From assembly GCA_044344255.1 (NCBI GenBank), contig JBIJDH010000004.1, forward strand, positions 160,001-224,000: 64,000 bases of DNA. The letters are read 5' to 3'. This DNA is from Myxococcota bacterium. Lineage in GTDB: Bacteria; Myxococcota_A; UBA796; UBA2385. The notes under the pieces are model-generated. The model did not search any database and was not told where the DNA came from. It worked only from the letters and a program-made list of their open reading frames with translations. This document shows positions 57,690 to 64,000 of the stretch, in pieces. Each line of letters starts with the position of its first letter. Positions within the stretch are counted from its first letter, which is position 1. Position numbers and translations under genes: made by a program.

Positions 57690-58976
57690 TTAACCGCGCG
57701 AGGCGGGCCGGAGCCCGTCGGCGAGCCGCCGAACGACGCCGTCGATGAGGGGCCAGGCCGCTGGGGTCGGCCGCAGGTGAGCGCCCGCTCGGTGGAGGAG
57801 GCCCTCCCGCTCCAGGCGCGCGATCACCTGGGGATCGATGGTGTGGCCACATCGCTCCGCCAGCCGGTCGGTGGGCAGACCGTCGATGTGTCGGAAGGTG
57901 GAGAGGAGCAGGTCGGTGGCCGCCTGCTCCAGGCTCGGCGCCTCGACCTCCCCCTCGGGCGCGGCGATCCAGTCCTCGAAGCGCGCGTGCCCGAGGCGGC
58001 GCAGGCCGCTCGGGGTGAAGCCATGCGCCCCGGGGCCGAGGCCCGCGTAGGGACCGCCACGCCAGACCGCTTCGTTGTGGCGGGAGCGGTGGCCCGGCCG
58101 CGCGAAATTGCTCACCTCGTAGCGCTCCCACCCCGCGGCCCCGAGGCGGTCTCCGATCTCATCGAAGGCGCTCCGCCAGCGATCCTCGTCGACGGGCACG
58201 AGGCGCCCCTCGTCGCGGGCCCGGGTGAAGGGCGTGCCCTCCTCGAAGCTGAGCCCGTAGATGGAGACGTGAGGCGGGGCGAGCTCGATCACCGCGTCGA
58301 GGTCGGCGGTCACCTCGGCCTCTGTCTGACCCGGCACCGAGAAGATCAGGTCGAAGGACCAGCTCTCGAAGCCGGCCTCGGCGACGAGCTGGAGCAGCTC
58401 CCGTGACTGTTCGACGGTGTGTCCGCGGTTGAGCAGCCGGGCCATGCGGGGCTGAAAGGTCTGGATGCCCACGGAGAGGCGGTTCACCCCGGCAGCCTTG
58501 AAGTCCTGCAGCCGCGAGCGGGTGATCGTGCCCGGGTTGGTCTCCAGCGTCACCTCCGCCCCGCGCGCGAGGGGGAGGCGGTCGATCAGGGTTCGGACGG
58601 CCTCGGGCGGGGCGAGGCTGGGCGTGCCTCCGCCGAAGTAGAGGCTGTGCGCCTCGCCGTCGAAGCTCGCGCGCTCCAGCCGCCACTGAGCGAGGATGCC
58701 CTCGACCCAGCGCCCGTAGGGGGGCGCCGCCTCGACGTAGGTGTTGAAGGCGCAGTAGGGGCAGCGGGTCGAGCACCACGGGACATGGACGTAGATCCCG
58801 AACGCTGCGGGCTTTGCCTCCGGGAGGTCCCCGGCGGTCGCCCGCGCGGTGGCGCTGGAGGTGGAGTCGGAGGTCGAGTCGAAGGTCGAGTCGGAATTCG
58901 ACGGGGGAGCGGGGGGCATCGGGGCGGCTCCGGGGCGCAAGGCGAAGGCGGGAGCGACGGGCCGGGCAGGCTCCAC
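57690..58976 (-). CDS. hemW: radical SAM heme chaperone HemW (HemN-like)
   Basis: YVHVPWCSTRCPYCAFN, YFGGGTPS, ETNP, RLSVGIQ, YEVSNFA, HN..W, GLGPGAHG. True start may be later (e.g. 58919). Confidence 0.9.
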   Translation of the reverse strand: MEPARPVAPAFALRPGAAPMPPAPPSNSDSTFDSTSDSTSSATARATAGDLPEAKPAAFGIYVHVPWCSTRCPYCAFNTYVEAAPPYGRWVEGILAQWRLERASFDGEAHSLYFGGGTPSLAPPEAVRTLIDRLPLARGAEVTLETNPGTITRSRLQDFKAAGVNRLSVGIQTFQPRMARLLNRGHTVEQSRELLQLVAEAGFESWSFDLIFSVPGQTEAEVTADLDAVIELAPPHVSIYGLSFEEGTPFTRARDEGRLVPVDEDRWRSAFDEIGDRLGAAGWERYEVSNFARPGHRSRHNEAVWRGGPYAGLGPGAHGFTPSGLRRLGHARFEDWIAAPEGEVEAPSLEQAATDLLLSTFRHIDGLPTDRLAERCGHTIDPQVIARLEREGLLHRAGAHLRPTPAAWPLIDGVVRRLADGLRPASRG

Positions 58977-59035
58977 CCTGTCTCCACCCGGTCTGCACCC
59001 TGTCCGCGGACAGGTTCCGGGCTAACCCCTCGGCC

Positions 59036-61630
59036 ATGCTGTACGTCGAGACCCTCCCTGGGGGGGCCACCCTCCTCATCGATCCCACGGGCCCCGTGCC
59101 CGTGGCTGCCTGTTACCTCTGGTTCAACGTGGGCTCTGCCTGGGAGGGGCCCGGTCTAGAGGGCGCGGCCCACCTCCTCGAGCACATGCTGTTCAAGGGG
59201 ACAGGGGAGCTCGGTCCTGGCGAGATCACCGCCCGCTTGGAGGCGGTGGGAGGAGATTTGAACGCCTGGACCTCGGTGGAGGAGACCGTCTTCCACTGCA
59301 CGATCCCGTCGGCTCAGGTGCTGCTCGCCCTCGACACCCTGGTGGGCATGGGCCTCAACCCCCGCCTCGACGGTCGCGAGCTCCGCCGGGAGAAGGGCGT
59401 GGTGGTCGAGGAGATTCGAGGCGCGAAGGACGATCCGGGCGGCCAGCTCACCGACGCCCTCCGCGCGCGAGCCTGGGGGCAGCACCCCTATGGGCGGCCC
59501 ATCCTCGGCACCGAGGCGAGCGTCAAGGGCATCCGGCGAGAGGCCCTCGTCGCCTTCCACCAGGCCCACTACATCGCGTCCAACGCGGTGCTCGTGGTCA
59601 CCGGACCGGTCGATCAGGCCGCCGTCATCGCCTTCGCGCGCGAGCGGCTCTCTGGGGGCCCGGTCGCGCCGCCGCGCCCGGTGCGCCCGGCGCGCCCAGA
59701 GGTGGTCGAGGACCCCATCCTCCACCTCGACCCTGGCTTCGACGAGCGCATCGTCGAGGTGCTCTTCCCCATCCCCGACCTCGGCCACGACGAGATCGCC
59801 GCCCTCGACCTCCTCGCCTCGGGGCTCTCCGACGGCGCCGCGGCGATCCTCCCAGCGGTGCTTCGGCACGAGCGCGACCTCGTGCACTCCACCTGGGCGG
59901 AGCTCGAGGTCGAGGTCGACGGCGGCCTCCTGGCCGTCGGGGCTACGGCCCGGGACGGTAAGCTCGAAGAGACGGTCGAGGTGCTGTTCGCCAGCCTCGC
60001 GCGTGTGGCCCGCGAGGGGCTGCCCGCCGCCGCCCTCCGGCGAGCTCGGACCAGCATCCTCGGCGACCGGGTCCGCGAGACCGAGACGGTGGACGGCCGG
60101 GCCCACCGGCTCGCCTGGTATCAGGTCTGGTTCAAGGACCCGCGCGCCGACGCGCGGTACGACGCCGCCATCCAGCGCACCACCGCCGAGGCCGTCCGCG
60201 CGGCGGCCGCTCGTTACCTGGATCGGAGCCGGGCGGTGCTGGGCGCGCTGTCCCCCAAGGCCGAGCTCGATCAGGAGCGCCTCGCCCGCGCCGCCGATCG
60301 CGGCTGGAGCACCCCCTCGGCGCCGCTGGTCGCCCGCGCTGGCCTGTTCCGGCGGCGCCTCTCCTGTGGGGCGACGGTCGTATGTGAGCCAGACGAGCGC
60401 GGCGATCTCGCCAGCGTCTCGGTGGTGGGCATCGGCGGAGGCCTGGTCGAGGGGAGCGGCAACGCCGGCCTGTCCGGGGCCTGGTCCGCCCTGCTCTCCC
60501 GCGGGGCCGGCGATCTGGACGCCATGAGCTTCGCCGCCGCGGTGGAGGACCGTTCGGGCTCCCTGCGCCCCTGGGCAGGGCGGAACAGCGCAGGGATCCA
60601 GATCGTGTTCCCGTCCGGTGACGTTCAGCTCGGCGTCGAGCTGCTCGCGGAGGCCCTCCTCTCGCCTCGCTTCGACCCGCTCGAGGTGGAGCGCACCCGG
60701 GCCGACCTGGTCGCCGGGCAGCGAGCCACGCGCGACGATCCCTCCGCCCTCGCTTGGGATCTGGCCTTCTCCGCGCTGTATCCGGGCCACCCCTGGGGCC
60801 ACCCCGGTTCGGGCACCGCCGCCAGCGCAGCGCGCCTCAGCCCGGCGAGGCTCCGAGCCTTTCACCGTCGGGTGGTGCAGGGAGAGAACCTCGTCTTTGG
60901 GCTCGCCGGTGGGGTTGATCCCGAGGAGCTATGTCGCCGCCTCGAGCATCTCCTCCGAGGCTTGGCACCGGGCGCCGCCCAGGTGGCGCGTCCGCCAACG
61001 CCCCCCGCCCGCTTCCAGCGTCGCCGCAGCGCCACCGTGCCCCGCGCCGAGGCGGTCGCCCAAGTGCTGGTGGCCTTCCCGTCGGTGGGGGTCGAGCACC
61101 CCGATGAGCCCGTGCTCTCTGTGCTGAGCGCGCTCCTCGGGGGCGCTGTGGGCGGCGGTGGGCGGCTCTTTGATCGCATCCGCGAGAAGCACGGGCTGGC
61201 CTACGACGTCTCCGCCCACCCCGAGCGCGGCCTCGGGGGCGGCGCCCTCGTCTTCTCGGTGATCACCGACCCGGACCGCGTCGAGGAGGCGAAGCGGGCC
61301 CTGTGGGTCGAGCTCGATCGGGTCGTGGCCGAGCCGGTCGCGCCAGCCGAGCTCGAGCGGGTGAAGGCCGGCCTCGTCGAGGGGGCCGTGCTCGGCCTCC
61401 AGCGTGCCGCCTCCCGCGCCGACCACGTCGCCACCGCCGAACGGTACGGGGGCGGCGCCGACCGTTGGCGGGAGCGGCTGCTCGCCCCTCGTGCCGTCAC
61501 CGCGTCGCAGCTGCAGGCCTTCGCCGCCGAGACGCTGCGGCGCGATCGGTGTGTCCGGGTCGAGACGGGGCCCGATCGCAGCGCGAAGGTCCGGCCAAAG
61601 GGCAAGCGGCGCAGCCCAGCGCCCCGCTGA
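59036..61630 (+). CDS. M16 (pitrilysin-like) zinc peptidase, fused form
   Basis: GAAHLLEHMLFKGT (HxxEH), NAWTS, EKGVVVEE, HPYGRP; second half lacks HxxEH but has RLFDRIREKHGLAY. Confidence 0.92.
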   Translation: MLYVETLPGGATLLIDPTGPVPVAACYLWFNVGSAWEGPGLEGAAHLLEHMLFKGTGELGPGEITARLEAVGGDLNAWTSVEETVFHCTIPSAQVLLALDTLVGMGLNPRLDGRELRREKGVVVEEIRGAKDDPGGQLTDALRARAWGQHPYGRPILGTEASVKGIRREALVAFHQAHYIASNAVLVVTGPVDQAAVIAFARERLSGGPVAPPRPVRPARPEVVEDPILHLDPGFDERIVEVLFPIPDLGHDEIAALDLLASGLSDGAAAILPAVLRHERDLVHSTWAELEVEVDGGLLAVGATARDGKLEETVEVLFASLARVAREGLPAAALRRARTSILGDRVRETETVDGRAHRLAWYQVWFKDPRADARYDAAIQRTTAEAVRAAAARYLDRSRAVLGALSPKAELDQERLARAADRGWSTPSAPLVARAGLFRRRLSCGATVVCEPDERGDLASVSVVGIGGGLVEGSGNAGLSGAWSALLSRGAGDLDAMSFAAAVEDRSGSLRPWAGRNSAGIQIVFPSGDVQLGVELLAEALLSPRFDPLEVERTRADLVAGQRATRDDPSALAWDLAFSALYPGHPWGHPGSGTAASAARLSPARLRAFHRRVVQGENLVFGLAGGVDPEELCRRLEHLLRGLAPGAAQVARPPTPPARFQRRRSATVPRAEAVAQVLVAFPSVGVEHPDEPVLSVLSALLGGAVGGGGRLFDRIREKHGLAYDVSAHPERGLGGGALVFSVITDPDRVEEAKRALWVELDRVVAEPVAPAELERVKAGLVEGAVLGLQRAASRADHVATAERYGGGADRWRERLLAPRAVTASQLQAFAAETLRRDRCVRVETGPDRSAKVRPKGKRRSPAPR

Positions 61631-61691
61631 GCGACGGGCGGCCCTCGGCAGGGCCGTGGCGGAGCGCCCGAAAAGGTGAGAAGCTCAAACG

Positions 61692-62786
61692 ATGTCCGAC
61701 GAACCGACCGCCCTCGAGCTCTTGAAGAAGAAGAAGGTCCCGACCCGCCGGTCGCTCGGGGACGGGCTGGTGGGCAAGGTCGGAGCGCGGGGCTGGCAGC
61801 GGCCGAACGTGGCGGTCAGTGACCGCCTGTTCAAGCATTATCATGTGGTCGATCCCTGGGATCCCGAAGGGAAGCAGGAGAAGGACCCCATCGGCCTCGG
61901 CGACAGCGCGCTCCGGATGGGCGAGCCCAAGCGGGAGGTCGCCCCGCACCTCAAGCCCCCGGAGGTCGGCGGAGGGGCGCTCGGCCCCGGCAAGGCGGCG
62001 GCCAGCCCGGGCGGCAAGCCGTCCGAGGTCGATCCGCTGGCCAAGTGGCGCCGTCCTGCGGTCAAGCCGACCGGCGAGGAGGCGGCGCCCACCCACAAGC
62101 CCGCCGCGGCGCCAGCCGGGGAGGCCGGGGCCCGCCCGCCCTTGCCCACTCCGATCCCGGGTGCGCCGAAGGAGCGGAAGCTCACACCGGGGCTCTTCGA
62201 CGGCTCGAAGAAGCCGGGAGCCAGTGGAGAGTTCGGCGGCAGCAAGGACCGCCCCGCCCTCAAGGGGCCGCTGCCGATGCGCCCCGACGCTCCGCCGGGG
62301 AAGGCCCCGCCGCAGGCCCCGGGGGGCGCTGCGGGGGGAGGCTCGGCCCGGCCCGCGTCGGCGGCCCCCGCCAAGGCGCCGCCGGCCCCCGCCCGCGCGG
62401 TCGGCGCCCCGAACCCGGCCGCTGCCCTGCCCCGCCCGCCGATCGCCCGCCCGGCGGGCGTTGGGGGAGGCGCCAGCGGGGGGCGCGCCGCCGGGCCTGC
62501 GTCGGGGGCCAACACCGGCAGCGGTCGCTTCGGGGCCCGCAATCAAGTGCGGAGCCTGAGCGTCGAGGACGTAGAGCCAGAGATCCGCGAGGTCACGCTC
62601 GCGCCCGTCGGGACCTCGCCCCCTCCGATGAGCGAGTCCGCGTCGGAGGCGCCGGCGCCTGCCAAGGTCGAGCCCGCCAAGGTCATCGATCGGCGGATCC
62701 CCACCGGCCCCATCGGCCTCGACGACATCTTTGGCGGGAGCTCCGAGGGCCGTATCCGGCGCCCCAAGAAGGGGGAGGGGAAGTGA
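61692..62786 (+). CDS. Pro/Ala/Gly-rich largely disordered hypothetical protein
   Basis: Coding-like codon bias; non-repetitive termini (WQRPNVAVSDRLFKHYHVVDPWDP; GLDDIFGG). Confidence 0.65.
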   Translation: MSDEPTALELLKKKKVPTRRSLGDGLVGKVGARGWQRPNVAVSDRLFKHYHVVDPWDPEGKQEKDPIGLGDSALRMGEPKREVAPHLKPPEVGGGALGPGKAAASPGGKPSEVDPLAKWRRPAVKPTGEEAAPTHKPAAAPAGEAGARPPLPTPIPGAPKERKLTPGLFDGSKKPGASGEFGGSKDRPALKGPLPMRPDAPPGKAPPQAPGGAAGGGSARPASAAPAKAPPAPARAVGAPNPAAALPRPPIARPAGVGGGASGGRAAGPASGANTGSGRFGARNQVRSLSVEDVEPEIREVTLAPVGTSPPPMSESASEAPAPAKVEPAKVIDRRIPTGPIGLDDIFGGSSEGRIRRPKKGEGK

Positions 62787-62861
62787 AGCCGTGGTGAAAT
62801 TCGCCCGCGGAGAGCGGAGGTCGAAGGAGTCGGCTACAATGTGCAGATGGAAGGAGTCCTC

Positions 62862-63620
62862 ATGAAGATCCTGACTGCGGTGCGGTCCCCCTCCTCGGCC
62901 TCACGCTTCGCCGCGGTCGGCCTGCTGCTGGTGGCGTGCGGCACCGCGAAGGTGGACATCCAGCTCGGTGACGAGATGGACAGTGATGAAGATGGGCTGT
63001 CCGACGCGGGTGAGATCGACGAGGGCACCGACCCGACCTCCGATGACTCGGACGGCGACACCTGGAGCGACGGCGAAGAGTTCGAGCAGGGCACCGACCC
63101 CCTGAGCGAGCTCGATCACCCGTACACGGGCGGCTGGAAGATCGACAAGGAGTGTCGAAACATGGCGCCCGACACCACGGGGGCCAATGAGGGCGACATC
63201 GCGGCCAACTTCACGTTGGTCGACCAGTACGGTGACAATGTTCGCCTCTATGATTTCTGCAACCACGCGGTGTTGTTGATATCGGCCGCCTTCTGGTGAG
63301 GCAGCTGCGTCTCTGAGGCTCAGGGACTCGAAGAAGAATACCAGGCTCGTAAAGATCGCGGCTTCATCATCCTCAGCATGATCGGGGAAGATCTGACTGG
63401 GGCCGCGCCCACAGCCGAGCAGCTCAAGGTGGACTGGGCTGACAAATACGGCATCACGGCGCCGGTCTTGTCGGACGGTGGCTTCGGCGTCGGGTGGACT
63501 TACATGAGCGGTGGCCTCCCCAGCCAGACGCTCCTCGCTCCTGGCATGGAGATCATCATCAAAGATGGGTACCCCATCTCCGGCGAAGCCATCGACGAAG
63601 TGCTGCCCGTCCCGGAGTGA
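62862..63620 (+). CDS. predicted selenoprotein: lipoprotein with TSP3-like Asp-rich repeats and a TlpA/redoxin domain (UxxC)
   Basis: AAGGAG RBS; LVAC lipobox; DSDEDGLSD..GTDP repeats; NFTLVDQYG..VLLISAAFW-TGA-GSC; the frame stays open after TGA (63297-63299) until 63620. Confidence 0.85.
63309..63327 (+). promoter_or_regulatory. bacterial SECIS-like hairpin
   Basis: GTCTCTGA-GGC-TCAGGGAC: 8-bp stem (one G-U), G-initiated loop, beginning after a 9-nt spacer from the in-frame TGA. Confidence 0.7.
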
Positions 63621-63638
63621 CCCCTCAGGAGAGTTCCC

Positions 63639-64000
63639 TTGCGCAGCGTGCTCTTGTGGCTGGCGATGGCGGGCTTCGGCCCGGTCGCCTCTGCCTCGGA
63701 TGGTCTCTTGTTGTTGCCGCCGGGCCCGATCCTCGCCGATGGCGAGACGGTGACCCGCATTCAGGTCTGGGGCCCCATGATCGGCCCCGACTCGAAGGTG
63801 AAGGCGAAGGGCAGCGGACTGAAGGTCGTCGAGATCAGCGCGGCCCCGGGTCTGCTCACGCTCTCGTTGACCGCCTCCGAACAGACGGCCCCGGCGAACG
63901 CGTCCTTGCACGTGTCCGTGAAGGGGGCGGGAGGTGAGGCGGAGGCTGATCTTGGCCTCTCCCTGGTCCCGCCTCCCGATCAGCCGCTCCCCCTCAGCTT
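63639..64000 (+). CDS. exported protein, possibly Ig-like, truncated by the window edge
   Basis: AGGAG then TTG; MRSVLLWLAMAGFGPVASA signal peptide; ILADGETVTRIQV; open to the end of the window. Confidence 0.6.
   Translation, partial: MRSVLLWLAMAGFGPVASASDGLLLLPPGPILADGETVTRIQVWGPMIGPDSKVKAKGSGLKVVEISAAPGLLTLSLTASEQTAPANASLHVSVKGAGGEAEADLGLSLVPPPDQPLPLS

Noticed and set aside
63297..63299. Genome-wide UGA reassignment, or a simple pseudogene, as the explanation for the in-frame TGA
   Set aside because: TGA ends many genes here at the expected C-terminus (apt, lon, ligA, kdsA) and Trp is TGG. The catalytic-site position plus the hairpin favour Sec, though a nonsense mutation is not formally excluded.

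Overview
High-GC bacterial chromosomal window whose gene content (Ser/Thr kinase, FHA-GAF sigma54 activator, two Hsp70 genes, TIGR04551-like beta-barrel, many lipoproteins and Pro/Ala-rich proteins) suggests a Myxococcota-like organism; that assignment is inference. It is mostly housekeeping and envelope genes: apt, coaE, ppsR-family, lon, class I fumarase, dapA/dapB, kdsA, ligA, acyP, trmJ-like, thiL, grpE-dnaK-dnaJ, hemW, an M16 peptidase and glycosyltransferases. I found no mobile element, CRISPR array, rRNA or tRNA. The best hidden signal is near the right end. Two 'separate' ORFs (62841..63299 and 63378..63620) are one reading frame interrupted by an in-frame UGA at the first Cys position of a thioredoxin-fold W-U-G-S-C motif, followed by a SECIS-like hairpin. 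This predicts a lipid-anchored selenoprotein with Asp-rich Ca-binding-type repeats. Other oddities: a GT2 gene whose conserved N-terminus lacks a canonical start and is in frame with the fumarase UAG, a tandem double radical-SAM/SPASM protein, a lidless Hsp70 with a MinD-like amphipathic tail, two AT-hook-like proteins each behind a long structured non-coding region, and an uncalled 46-aa membrane peptide. All annotations come from motif recognition by eye, and start positions are best estimates.
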